Assembly: GCA_031364805.1 (NCBI GenBank)
Contig: JANLWW010000153.1
Coordinates: 206 to 64,205, forward strand
Origin: Acidobacteriota bacterium
GTDB taxonomy: Bacteria > Acidobacteriota > Vicinamibacteria > Vicinamibacterales > UBA2999
Length of the DNA stretch: 64,000 nucleotides
Reading direction: 5' to 3'
Under the pieces are notes generated by a model. That model was not told the DNA's origin. It did no database searches and saw nothing but the letters and a program-made list of their open reading frames with translations. This document shows positions 38,226-47,718 of the stretch, piece after piece. The translations under genes were made by a program, and so were the position numbers. Each line of letters opens with the position of its first letter. The stretch's first letter is position 1.

Positions 38226-39264
38226 AGTAGAGCACCCCCGCGGCTGTGAGAAGCAGGTTGACCGTCGCCAACGGCAGCAGCACCTTCCATCCAAACGACA
38301 TCAGTTGATCGTACCGGAAGCGCGGGAGTGTCCACCGCAGCCACAGGTAGCAGAACAAGAGGAACGCGAGCTTGATCAGGAACCAGATCCAGCCGTATTC
38401 AGGCGGGATGAACGGACCGTGCCAGCCGCCCATGAACAGGTTGACCGCGACCGCCGAGACCGTGACCATGTTGATGTACTCGGCCATGAAGAACATGGCG
38501 AAGCGCATCGAGCTGTACTCGGTGTGGTAACCGGCGACCAGTTCCTGTTCCGCTTCCGGAAAGTCAAAGGGCGCGCGGTTGGTTTCAGCAATGCCGGCGC
38601 AGGCGAACACGAAGAACGCGACCGGCTGGATGAAGATGTACCACTTCGGGATGAAGCCGAACCAGTAGCCCTGCTGGAGGTCAACAATCTCGCGCAGTGA
38701 CATCGACCCGGCGAACATCACCACGGTGGCCAGCGACATGCCGTAGGCCAGCTCGTAGCTGATCATCTGCGCCGAACTGCGCAGGCCGCCCAGCAGCGAG
38801 TACTTGGAGTTGCTGGCCCAGCCGGCCAGCACGATGCCGTAGACGCCCATCGAGGCCACGGCGAAGATCACGAGCACCGCGACGTTGACGTCGGACACCT
38901 GCAACGCCATCGGCTCGTCGAGCAGCCCAAAGAACGTCGTCGGCGCGCCGAACGGCACGGGCGCGAAGGCCAGATACGCCGCGGCAACCGAGATGATTGG
39001 CGCCAGCGTGAAGAGGAACGCATCGGCCGCCTTGGGCCGCAGTTCTTCCTTGAAGAACAGCTTGACGATGTCGGCGACCGGCTGGAGCAGGCCTTTGGGA
39101 CCGACCCGCGTCGGACCGAGGCGCTGCTGCATGAACGCCGCGACCTTGCGCTCGGCGTAGACCATCACGGCCGCTGAAATCTGCAGGCCCATGAACACCA
39201 CGCCAACGATGCTGGCGTAGGCGATGAACGCCGGCGAGGTGACCCACGCGATGATCTCGGCCAC
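38215..39264 (-). CDS. nuoH: NADH-quinone oxidoreductase subunit H
   Basis: GTG 39264, one nt after the nuoEF stop. YAERKVAAFMQQRLGPTRVGPKGLLQPVADIVKLFFKEE, APFDFPEAEQELVAGYHTEYS. Confidence 0.92.
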   Translation of the reverse strand: MAEIIAWVTSPAFIAYASIVGVVFMGLQISAAVMVYAERKVAAFMQQRLGPTRVGPKGLLQPVADIVKLFFKEELRPKAADAFLFTLAPIISVAAAYLAFAPVPFGAPTTFFGLLDEPMALQVSDVNVAVLVIFAVASMGVYGIVLAGWASNSKYSLLGGLRSSAQMISYELAYGMSLATVVMFAGSMSLREIVDLQQGYWFGFIPKWYIFIQPVAFFVFACAGIAETNRAPFDFPEAEQELVAGYHTEYSSMRFAMFFMAEYINMVTVSAVAVNLFMGGWHGPFIPPEYGWIWFLIKLAFLLFCYLWLRWTLPRFRYDQLMSFGWKVLLPLATVNLLLTAAGVLYFGL

Positions 39265-39265
39265 G

Positions 39266-41227
39266 TTAGTGGGTCTCCACCGTAGTCTGTGCACGATAGA
39301 CCGCCGGCTTGGGCTGCGTGCCCTTGACGTAGGCCTCGAACTCCGGCTTGAAGAACTTGAGGGTGGTCAGCACCGGCGTCGCCGCGGCATCACCGAAGGC
39401 GCACAGCGTCTTGCCGTTGATCTGGTTGGCCACGCTACCGAGCAGCGCGATGTCCTTCTCGGTCGACTTCCCGGTCATCATGCGGTGCAGGATGCGATAG
39501 AGCCAGTCGGTGCCTTCGCGGCACGGCGTGCACTTGCCACACGACTCGTGACGGTAGAAGTGCAGCAGGTTGTCGGCGAGCCACACCATGTCGGTGGTGT
39601 CGTCGAGCGCCATGATGGCGGCCGAGCCGAGCAGCGAGCCCGCCTTCTGCACGTCGTCAAAGCTGGCCGGGATGTCGATTTGATCCGGCAGCAGGATCGG
39701 CACGGAGGAGCCGCCGGGGATGACGGCCTTCAGCGTGTGGCCGTCGAGCGGGCCGCCGGCATAGTCGTAAATCAGTTCCTTCAGCGTGACCTTCATGGGC
39801 GCTTCGAACACGCCTGGGCGCTTGACCGCGCCGCTCACGCAGAACAGCTTCGGGCCGCCGTTCTTCTCGGGTCCCATCGATGCGAACCATTCCGAACCGC
39901 GCGTCATTACCAGCGGAACGTTGCAGAGCGTCTCGACGTTGTTGACGGCCGTGGGACAGCCCCAGGCGCCTTCGACGGCGGGAAAGGGCGGCTTGAAGCG
40001 CGGCTGGGCGCGCTTGCCTTCGAGCGACTCGAGCAGCGCGGTTTCTTCGCCGGCTTCGTAGGCGCCGGCGCCGCGGTGCAAGTAGACCTCGCAGTCGAAG
40101 CCAGAGCCCAAGATGTTCTTGCCGACGAACCCTGCCTGGCGGGCGTCATCGATCGCCTTCTGCATCGCGGGGAACAGGTGGTAGAACTCGCCGCGGATGT
40201 AGATGTAGGCGGCCTTGGAACCAATCGCGTAGCAGCCGATCAGGCAACCTTCCACCAGCAGGTGGGGGTTGCGCTCCATCAACAGATGGTCCTTGAACGT
40301 GCCCGGCTCGCTCTCGTCGGCGTTACAGACGATGAACTTCGGCTTCGGCGACTTCTTGTCAACGAACTGCCACTTGAGCCCGGTCGGGAAACCGGCGCCA
40401 CCGCGGCCGCGCAGGCCCGACTTCTTGACGTCTTCAATCACCGCATCGGGCGTCATGGCCAGGGCCTTCTTCAGCCCTTCGTAGCCCGCCTGGTTCTTGA
40501 CGTAGTGGTCGAATTCCGCGCCGCCGGGCGTGAACGCGTACTTCGTCAGCACGGGTTCGTAGTCGGGCACCGCTTTGGGTTTCACCGGCGTCGTGGTCTT
40601 GCCCTGCCACTCGCTTTCGGGACGGCCCTCGATCGCGAGGTGGCAGCCGCCGAGTGCCTTGAGACCCTCGGTCTTGATCTTGTCGACGAGCGCGCCCACC
40701 GCTTCGGGGGCGAGGTGCTCGTGCCAGTGATCGTTGTTGACCATCACCACCGGCGCGCGGTCGCAGGCGCCCAGGCATTCCATCTTCTGAATGGTGAACA
40801 TGCCGGTGGGATCGGTCTCGCCGGCCTTGATTCCCAGCTTGTGTTCGAGCTGTTCGACGACCCGCTCGGCGCCGGCAAGGGCGCACGACAGGGTCGTGCA
40901 GACCTGCAGCACGTACTTGCCCACCGGGTTGCGATGGAACATCACGTAGTAGGACACGACGTCCTCGACTTCGGCGGTCGTGCAGCCAATCACTTCGGCC
41001 ACGTGACGCGTCACGTTGTTGCTGATGTAGCCCTGCTGCTCTTGCGCAAGATAGAGCGCGTGCAACACCGCCGACTTGCGGTGCTCGGGGGCATAGTGTG
41101 CGGCAAACTCTTCGAACTGCGCGCGCGTTGCCGCGCTGAACACAAACTCCGGTCCCTCCGGCAAGGTGGCCCGCATCGAGCGGTGCCAACCCTCCGTGCC
41201 GTAGGGCATCGTGGGATGAAAGCTCAT
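39266..41227 (-). CDS. nuoEF: Fused NADH-quinone oxidoreductase subunits E and F (single 653-aa ORF)
   Basis: The N-terminal part has the NuoE [2Fe-2S] motifs CTTLSCALAG...ECLGACDRAP. The C-terminal part has NuoF GLRGRGGAGFPTGLKW, CNADESEPGTFKD and ESCGKCTPCREG...LCAFGDAA. Its ATG 41227 overlaps the nuoD stop (ATGA). Confidence 0.9.
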   Translation of the reverse strand: MSFHPTMPYGTEGWHRSMRATLPEGPEFVFSAATRAQFEEFAAHYAPEHRKSAVLHALYLAQEQQGYISNNVTRHVAEVIGCTTAEVEDVVSYYVMFHRNPVGKYVLQVCTTLSCALAGAERVVEQLEHKLGIKAGETDPTGMFTIQKMECLGACDRAPVVMVNNDHWHEHLAPEAVGALVDKIKTEGLKALGGCHLAIEGRPESEWQGKTTTPVKPKAVPDYEPVLTKYAFTPGGAEFDHYVKNQAGYEGLKKALAMTPDAVIEDVKKSGLRGRGGAGFPTGLKWQFVDKKSPKPKFIVCNADESEPGTFKDHLLMERNPHLLVEGCLIGCYAIGSKAAYIYIRGEFYHLFPAMQKAIDDARQAGFVGKNILGSGFDCEVYLHRGAGAYEAGEETALLESLEGKRAQPRFKPPFPAVEGAWGCPTAVNNVETLCNVPLVMTRGSEWFASMGPEKNGGPKLFCVSGAVKRPGVFEAPMKVTLKELIYDYAGGPLDGHTLKAVIPGGSSVPILLPDQIDIPASFDDVQKAGSLLGSAAIMALDDTTDMVWLADNLLHFYRHESCGKCTPCREGTDWLYRILHRMMTGKSTEKDIALLGSVANQINGKTLCAFGDAAATPVLTTLKFFKPEFEAYVKGTQPKPAVYRAQTTVETH

Positions 41228-42411
41228 CGATCCACGTCTCCCATCACGACGTCGAGCGATCCGATCACGGCGATCACGTCCGCGATCATGCCTCCGACGA
41301 CGAACTTGTGCAGGGCCTGGCAGGCGAACAGGCCGGGCGCGCGCATGTGCACGCGCCACGGGCGATTGGTTCCGTCCGACACCACGTAACAGCCATGCTC
41401 GCCGCGCGGGCCTTCGACCGGGACGTAGGCGTCGCCCGCCGGCACCTTGAAGCCCTGCGAGTAAATCAGGAAGTGCTGAATCAACGCTTCCATTTCGGTA
41501 TAGACCTGGTCCTTGGGTGGCGGCACGACGCGCTTGTCGTCGCACGCCCACTCGCCTACTGGCGCAATGCGCTCGAGCGCCTGGTTGCAAATCTTGACGC
41601 TCTCGCGCATCTCGGCCACGCGCGTGAGGTAGCGATCGTAAACGTCGCCGTTCGAGGCGCCGATCACGTCGAACTCGTAGGTGTCGTAGTCGCAGTACGG
41701 GAAGGCGCGGCGCACGTCGTAGTCGCCGCCGGCCGCCCGCGCGATCGGACCGAACAGGCCCCACTTGCAGCAGTCCTCATACGTAATCACGCCGACGCCG
41801 CGCGTCCGATCCATCCAGATCGGGTTCTTCGTGATCAGCGTTTCGTATTCATCGAGCTTGCCCGGGAGTCGATCGAGGAACGCCTTGACCGCTTCCTTGT
41901 AGCCGCGCGGGATGTCTTCCTTCAGGCCGCCGACGCGAATGTAGCTGGGGAAGAACCGGAAGCCGCCCAGCAGCTCGTTCAGGTTCATGATGATCTCGCG
42001 CTCGCGCAGCGCGTAGAGCAGGCCGGTAATCGCGCCGATCTCCATGGCGTGGGTACCGAACCAGACCAGGTGGCTGCTGATGCGCTGCAGCTCGGCGATC
42101 AGCACGCGGATCGCGCTGACGCGCGCCGGCATCTTCTCGTCGAGGCCGAGCATCTTTTCAACCGACAGGCAGAACGCCAGGCTGTTGGACTGGGCGCCGA
42201 GGTAATCCATGCGCTCGACGAGCGGGATCACCTGCTGCCACTTCTTCTGCTCGCAGGTCTTCTCGATGCCGGTGTGCAGGTAGCCGACGGTCGGCGACAC
42301 CGACACCACGGTCTCGCCATCGAGCTCCAGCACCAGCCGCAGCACGCCGTGCGTGCTGGGGTGTTGCGGCCCCATGTTGACCGTCATCGTCTCGGTGCGT
42401 ACGTCAGCCAT
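41224..42411 (-). CDS. nuoD: NADH-quinone oxidoreductase subunit D
   Basis: 395 aa. [29 protein letters not shown]-terminal [11 protein letters not shown]. Confidence 0.95.
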   Translation of the reverse strand: MADVRTETMTVNMGPQHPSTHGVLRLVLELDGETVVSVSPTVGYLHTGIEKTCEQKKWQQVIPLVERMDYLGAQSNSLAFCLSVEKMLGLDEKMPARVSAIRVLIAELQRISSHLVWFGTHAMEIGAITGLLYALREREIIMNLNELLGGFRFFPSYIRVGGLKEDIPRGYKEAVKAFLDRLPGKLDEYETLITKNPIWMDRTRGVGVITYEDCCKWGLFGPIARAAGGDYDVRRAFPYCDYDTYEFDVIGASNGDVYDRYLTRVAEMRESVKICNQALERIAPVGEWACDDKRVVPPPKDQVYTEMEALIQHFLIYSQGFKVPAGDAYVPVEGPRGEHGCYVVSDGTNRPWRVHMRAPGLFACQALHKFVVGGMIADVIAVIGSLDVVMGDVDR

Positions 42412-42976
42412 TCAGCTCGTCCTCAACCAACTCGCAAAGGATGTGCAACATCGTGATGTGCACCTCCTGAATTCTCGACGTCCGGTCGTCATCCACCGCT
42501 AGATGGATGGCGGCCAGCGTGCCGGCCTCGCCCCCCCGCCCGGTCAGGGCAATCGTGACCAGCCCGCGTGCGTTTGCCGTCTCAAGCCCGCGCAGCACGT
42601 TGGGCGAGTTCCCGCTGGTGGTGATCCCCAGCGCGATATCGCCGGCCTCGCCGTGCGCCTCGACCTGGCGCGCGAACACCCGATCGAAGCCGTAGTCGTT
42701 GCCGAGCGCGGTCAGGATACTGGTATCCGTCGACAACGCCAGGGCCGGCCACGCCCGCCGCTCCACCAGGTAGCGCCCCACCAGTTCGGCCACGAAGTGC
42801 TGGGCGTCGGCCGCACTGCCGCCGTTGCCGAACGCCAACACCTTGCGTCCCTGCCGCAGTGCGGTCACCACCGCGTCTACCGCCCGGACAATTTCTGCCA
42901 CGTTCGCGGCCGCGCGCTCGTGCGCCCGCGCCGTCTCGCGCAGCGTCGCCGTCGCCCGGCTGGCGCGATCGGCCAT
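42404..42976 (-). CDS. gmhA: SIS-domain protein, GmhA-type D-sedoheptulose-7-phosphate isomerase-like, embedded in the nuo operon
   Basis: 190 aa. [82 protein letters not shown]. Its ATG shares one nt with the nuoC stop, and its stop overlaps the nuoD start by 8 nt. Confidence 0.8.
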   Translation of the reverse strand: MADRASRATATLRETARAHERAAANVAEIVRAVDAVVTALRQGRKVLAFGNGGSAADAQHFVAELVGRYLVERRAWPALALSTDTSILTALGNDYGFDRVFARQVEAHGEAGDIALGITTSGNSPNVLRGLETANARGLVTIALTGRGGEAGTLAAIHLAVDDDRTSRIQEVHITMLHILCELVEDELNG

Positions 42977-43542
42977 CAGGCCTTCGGCTTCGCCGCCGTG
43001 CGCTGGTAGCGATCGCGCTCCATGTTCGCCTGGAACTCTTCCTGCGTGACCTGCAGCGGCATGTAGGTCTGCGCGTCTTTCCGCAGCTGCACCGGGTAGT
43101 CCTTGCGCAGCGGATGGCCTTCCCAATCGTCGGGCATCATCAACCGGCGCAGATCGGCGTGACCGTCGAAGACGATGCCAAACAAGTCGTAGAGCTCGCG
43201 TTCGGGCCAGCCGGCGCCCGGGTAGAGCAACGACAGTGTCTCGATCGCTTCCTGCGCGTCGAGCTGCACCTTCAACCGTACGCGCGCGCGACGGTGCGGC
43301 GACACCAGGTGATAGACGAGGTCGAAGCGCGGCAGGCGATTGGGATGAAAATCCACCGCGGTGAGGTCGGAGAACGCGACGAACTCAAGGCCCTGGCCCT
43401 GCAAGGCGCGGCACGTCGGGACGATGAACTCGCGCGGCACGCCGATGGTCGGCGTCACGGCGGCGTCTGCCGAGGCCAGCGCCACGTAGGTCGCGCCAGG
43501 CACCGCCGGCGCGATCGCGGCGATCAGTTCGTCAGCGGTCAT
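42976..43542 (-). CDS. nuoC: NADH-quinone oxidoreductase subunit C
   Basis: 188 aa. [53 protein letters not shown]. Confidence 0.93.
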   Translation of the reverse strand: MTADELIAAIAPAVPGATYVALASADAAVTPTIGVPREFIVPTCRALQGQGLEFVAFSDLTAVDFHPNRLPRFDLVYHLVSPHRRARVRLKVQLDAQEAIETLSLLYPGAGWPERELYDLFGIVFDGHADLRRLMMPDDWEGHPLRKDYPVQLRKDAQTYMPLQVTQEEFQANMERDRYQRTAAKPKA

Positions 43543-44033
43543 GCGATGCGGACCTTGGGGGTCTGATCGAGCTTCGAGGCGGCAATCTTTTTCTGCAACT
43601 GCACAATGCCGTAGATCAGCGCCTCGGGACGCGGCGGGCAGCCGGGAATGAACACGTCAACCGGCACGACTTGATCGGCGCCCTGGACGATGGCGTAGTT
43701 GTCGAACACGCCGCCGCACGACGCGCAGGCGCCCATCGAGATCACCCACTTGGGCTCGGGCATCTGGTCGTAAATGCGGCGCATCGCCGGCGCCATCTTG
43801 CGCGAGAGGCGGCCGGCAATAATCATCAGGTCCGCTTGCCGCGGCGAGCCGCGGAACACTTCGGCACCAAAGCGCGCCATGTCGTAGCGACCGGCGCCGG
43901 TCGCCATCATCTCGATCGCGCAGCAGGCCAGGCCGAACGCCACCGGCCAGATCGCCGAGCGGCGCGCCCACTGAATCATGAATTCAGCGGACGTCGTCAG
44001 GACGGGGATTTCGTAATCAGTTTCGAGTCCCAT
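43539..44033 (-). CDS. nuoB: NADH-quinone oxidoreductase subunit B
   Basis: 164 aa. [35 protein letters not shown] (N2 cluster ligands). Confidence 0.95.
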   Translation of the reverse strand: MGLETDYEIPVLTTSAEFMIQWARRSAIWPVAFGLACCAIEMMATGAGRYDMARFGAEVFRGSPRQADLMIIAGRLSRKMAPAMRRIYDQMPEPKWVISMGACASCGGVFDNYAIVQGADQVVPVDVFIPGCPPRPEALIYGIVQLQKKIAASKLDQTPKVRIA

Positions 44034-44463
44034 AACGGTATCTCTTCACCACGGCAGGGCCGGGTTTTGGCGCGTGCTTGTAATCGGGGTCAAACTCGGG
44101 GCCCCAGTCGAGCACGCCTTTGCGCCAGATATAGATGTAGCCGACAACCAGGATCAGGAAAAAGACCACGATCTGAATAAGACCGGGCCACGACAGCTGG
44201 CGCATCGCCAACGCCCACGGATAGAGGAAGGCGACTTCAATGTCGAACAGCAGGAAAATCATCGCGATGAGATAGAACTTCACCGACTGTCGCTCGCGGG
44301 CGTCGCCAACCGGCGGCATGCCACACTCATAGGCCGCCAGCTTCTCGGGCGTGGGATTGCGCGGGCCAAGGAAGTACGACAGCACCACGGACACGATGCC
44401 GAAGCCGACTGCGATGACGCCAAGTAGTAGGATTCCGCCCCAGCCGTCCATAGCCTCACTCAC
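44017..44463 (-). CDS. nuoA: NADH-quinone oxidoreductase subunit A
   Basis: [40 protein letters not shown]. Start is GTG 44463 or ATG 44451. Confidence 0.9.
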   Translation of the reverse strand: MSEAMDGWGGILLLGVIAVGFGIVSVVLSYFLGPRNPTPEKLAAYECGMPPVGDARERQSVKFYLIAMIFLLFDIEVAFLYPWALAMRQLSWPGLIQIVVFFLILVVGYIYIWRKGVLDWGPEFDPDYKHAPKPGPAVVKRYRYGTRN

Positions 44464-44546
44464 CCGATCCGCCGCGAAATTATGTCATACACGCGGGTTT
44501 TCTACGTGCTTGTGAAGGATATCACACGCACTACAATCGCACCTGC

Positions 44547-47411
44547 ATGCGGGCCTCCTCGGAACGACTGATCGTCGGGGCGGTGCTCGCCCTGTCAGCC
44601 GCCACGCTGGTCGTTCAGGCCGCTGTTCTGCGCCCACACATGTGGCCCGCCGGCGCCGGGCTCGCGGTTTCCGGCGAAAACGTCATGGCGATCATCGCCG
44701 AGCCGCGCCCGGTTGCGGTCATTCGCCCTCCTGATGTCCGCGCGGCAGCCGGACAGCACGTCACCGTCACTCGCCTGTGGCCAGGCGGGACCGGGGAACG
44801 CGCCGGTATTGGCATTGGCGATGTCGTCCGCGCCTTGCCGACCGACCCATCGGCTGTGCTCCAGGTCTGGCGCGAGGTGCAACAGCTGCGCCCCGGCGCG
44901 CCCCTTGCTCTCAGCATTACCAGCGCGCAAACCGGCGCGACCCGCGACGTCGTGATTGAACAGCCCGCGATCTGGTCGATGGACGGCGCGACGTGGGCGG
45001 CGTGGCTGCGGCTGCACCTGGGTCCGCTGGCGCAGGTCACGGCGTTTCTTGCCGGCGCCGCCGTGCTGATGGCGCTCGGCGCGCGCGGCTCGACCGCGGC
45101 GTTGATGACCGTGGCCCTGATCGTAACGGCCGCGGCCAACGGCGGTCCGCTGCTTGGTAGCGCGCAGTCGCTCCCCGTGCTTGGGTCTTGGCTGCTGGTC
45201 TTCAACTGGATCATCACGGCGCTTTCGTTTCCGGTGATCGGTCTGGCGGTGCTCTATTTCCCGCATCGCGCCGACATTCTCGATCGTCATCGCTGGATCG
45301 TGCCCGCCGTGCTTGCGGCCGCGGTGCCAATGTTGATCATCGGCGTCCTCAGTGCCGCGTTCCTCTCCGGCGCCGACGCGGTGCTGCCGGCGCTGACCTG
45401 GGTTGCCGAACGGGCGTGGACCTTCGACGCGTGCTTTGCACTCGGACTGGCCGCCAACGTCCTGATCGTCATCGAGGGCATCGGCCGCTACCGCACCAAT
45501 CTCGACGCCAACGAACGGCGACGCATCCAGATCGTCGTCTTTACCGGCGTGCCGGCGGTCTTCGCATATGCCCTCAAGACCGGCATCCCGCTACTGGTCA
45601 GCCTGTTTGGCCGCCCAGTGGAAGTGCCGTGGCTGCTCGAGGCGCTGCTCCAGGCGATCGTCTTGTTGCCGGCGTTCGGCTTGCCGTACGCAGTGGCGGT
45701 GCGGCACGTGTTCAGCCCGCGCACGGTGCTGCGACGCAGCCTGCAATACGCCTTCGCCCGCCGCACGCTGGCGGTGCTGGTGGTGCTGCCGGTGGTCGCG
45801 CTGGTGGCGTCGCTCGTGCAACAGCGCGACATGTCGCTCTCGATGATCGTGAGCGGCCGCCCGCTGTTCTACCTGATCTGCTTCCTGCTGCTCGGCCTCG
45901 GCCTGCGCTATCGCCAGACTGCGCAGCGCTGGCTCGACCTGCATTTTTTCCGCGCGGAGTATGACGCGCGAGAGATCCTGGTCTCGCTGGCCGGCCGCGT
46001 GCCATACGAAGCCGACCCGCGCGAGCTGGTCGCCATGGTGGTCTCGCAGATCGACACCGCGCTGCACCCCGAGAACGTGGCAGTGTTCGCCCACGCGACC
46101 TCGCACCCGCTCGGCGCCCCCTCGAGAGCCGACCTGAGCGGCTCGTTCGAACTGGTGACCGCCCTCCGCGTGAGCGCCCCGTCGCTGCGGGCCGACAGCG
46201 GCGTCATCACGCTGCTGCGCTGGTCAGACAAGCCCCTCGAAGTCTTCCTGGATGACGGGCAGTCGCCGGTGGCACGGGTGCCGCCTGCCGACCGCGTGTG
46301 GCTGGCGGAAACCAATGCCGCGCTGCTGGTGCCGATCTTCGCCGGCGGCAGCGACCCGCGGCCGTTTGTCGGCCTGATCGCACTCGGTCCCAAGCGATCG
46401 GAAGAACCGTACACGCCGGAGGACCGCGAGCTGCTGCGCGGCATTGCCGTGCAGATGGGCGTGGCCCTCGACTTGTCGCGCCTGCGGCAGCAAGTCGGCG
46501 CCACCCAGGTTCCCGACGGCGCCACGCAGGCCTTCACGCCCACGGTCAGGGTCAGCGGCAGCAGCGACACGCCGGCGATCGGGGTTGGCGCGATCATCGA
46601 CAACAAGTACCGCGTTGATGCGATTGTCGGGCAAGGTGGCATGGGCGCGGTGTTTCGCGCGTGGGACGTGCGCCTGGAGCGCGACGTCGCGATCAAGGTG
46701 GTGCGCGGCGACCTGTTGGCGGATCCGGATTCGCGCGAGCGCTTCCGCCGCGAATCACAGATCGTGGCCCGACTGCAGCACCCGTCGATCGTGACGGTGT
46801 TCGACTACGGCGCGCTGCGCGACGGCGCGGCGTTCCTGGTCATGGAATTCGTGCCGGGCGAAGACCTGCGGCACTTGCTGAGACGGGAACGGCAATTGAA
46901 ACCGGGTCGAGTGGCCGAATTGCTGTCGGGCATTGCCGCCGGCGTCGAGTCGGCTCACAAGGCGGGCATCCTGCATCGCGACTTGAAGCCTGAAAACATC
47001 CTGCTGCCGGAAAGCGGCACGGGACCGAAGGTCGTTGACTTCGGCGTCGCCAAGCTCACGACCCACACCACCGGCGGCGACACCATCACCGGCGCCGGCA
47101 CCATCGTCGGCACACCGGCCTACATGGCGCCGGAGCAATTGCGCGGGCAGGGCGTTGATGGCCGCGCCGACGTCTTCAGCCTGGGCGTGATGACGTTCGA
47201 GATGCTCACCGGGAAGCTGCCCTATGCCGGCACGTCGTTATTCGACATTGGAATGAAGCAAGCCGCGGGAGCCGCTTCTGTCGACACCGGCGACCTGTCC
47301 GCGGGGATGGCGGACGTGGTGCGGCGAGCAATCGCCTTCGACAGAGAGACTCGCCCTGCGTCGCCGGCAGCGTTTGCCAGCGAACTGAAGAGGATTGCGA
47401 AAAACGATTAG
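44547..47411 (+). CDS. Membrane Ser/Thr protein kinase with N-terminal PDZ-like region, about 8-10 TM segments and a GAF-like domain
   Basis: 954 aa. GTGERAGIGIGDVV (PDZ-like). Kinase motifs GQGGMGAVFRAWD..VAIKV, HRDLKPENILL, DFGVAKL, GTPAYMAPEQ. Confidence 0.85.
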   Translation: MRASSERLIVGAVLALSAATLVVQAAVLRPHMWPAGAGLAVSGENVMAIIAEPRPVAVIRPPDVRAAAGQHVTVTRLWPGGTGERAGIGIGDVVRALPTDPSAVLQVWREVQQLRPGAPLALSITSAQTGATRDVVIEQPAIWSMDGATWAAWLRLHLGPLAQVTAFLAGAAVLMALGARGSTAALMTVALIVTAAANGGPLLGSAQSLPVLGSWLLVFNWIITALSFPVIGLAVLYFPHRADILDRHRWIVPAVLAAAVPMLIIGVLSAAFLSGADAVLPALTWVAERAWTFDACFALGLAANVLIVIEGIGRYRTNLDANERRRIQIVVFTGVPAVFAYALKTGIPLLVSLFGRPVEVPWLLEALLQAIVLLPAFGLPYAVAVRHVFSPRTVLRRSLQYAFARRTLAVLVVLPVVALVASLVQQRDMSLSMIVSGRPLFYLICFLLLGLGLRYRQTAQRWLDLHFFRAEYDAREILVSLAGRVPYEADPRELVAMVVSQIDTALHPENVAVFAHATSHPLGAPSRADLSGSFELVTALRVSAPSLRADSGVITLLRWSDKPLEVFLDDGQSPVARVPPADRVWLAETNAALLVPIFAGGSDPRPFVGLIALGPKRSEEPYTPEDRELLRGIAVQMGVALDLSRLRQQVGATQVPDGATQAFTPTVRVSGSSDTPAIGVGAIIDNKYRVDAIVGQGGMGAVFRAWDVRLERDVAIKVVRGDLLADPDSRERFRRESQIVARLQHPSIVTVFDYGALRDGAAFLVMEFVPGEDLRHLLRRERQLKPGRVAELLSGIAAGVESAHKAGILHRDLKPENILLPESGTGPKVVDFGVAKLTTHTTGGDTITGAGTIVGTPAYMAPEQLRGQGVDGRADVFSLGVMTFEMLTGKLPYAGTSLFDIGMKQAAGAASVDTGDLSAGMADVVRRAIAFDRETRPASPAAFASELKRIAKND

Positions 47412-47415
47412 GTCG

Positions 47416-47703
47416 TTATTTCTTTTTTTTGCTGCTACCGACTTCAGCGAGGCGGCGTTCGATCTCGGCCACCGCGTGGCCGATCTGCTCGCGACGCACC
47501 TGGTGAGTGGTCAGGTCGAGCTGCCGTTGCAGCTCAGTTCGCGCCAGCCGCAGTGATTCGGTCTGCCGCGCAATTTCGGGATCAACCCTGGGGCCCTTGT
47601 CTTTCGCGACCTTGCGGCTTTCCTCGAGTTCGTCCATGCGCTCTTGCAAGCGCGCTTCAGCGTCAATAAGGCCTTCGCCAGCGTCACCCATGTAGGCGGT
47701 CAT
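47416..47703 (-). CDS. Small coiled-coil protein with lysine tail (hypothetical)
   Basis: MTAYMGDAGEGLIDAEARLQERMDELEESRK...AEVGSSKKKK. 95 aa. No family recognised. Confidence 0.45.
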   Translation of the reverse strand: MTAYMGDAGEGLIDAEARLQERMDELEESRKVAKDKGPRVDPEIARQTESLRLARTELQRQLDLTTHQVRREQIGHAVAEIERRLAEVGSSKKKK

Positions 47704-47718
47704 TATATCCTCAAAGTG

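Noticed and set aside
39224-41389. 721-aa plus-strand ORF antisense to nuoEF. Similar long antisense ORFs occur at 33684-35234, 41308-42456, 50731-52359, 56792-57760 and elsewhere.
   Set aside because: They lie opposite genes with unmistakable conserved motifs. Their translations are Arg/Ala/Gly/His-rich low-complexity strings, typical of stop-poor antisense frames in high-GC DNA.
41228-41764. N-terminal 179 residues of the 832-aa ORF containing nuoEF. The upstream extension of nuoN (33658-33867) is a similar case.
   Set aside because: These extensions overlap nuoD or nuoM in other frames and are Arg-rich nonsense. The internal ATGs form ATGA overlaps with the upstream stops.
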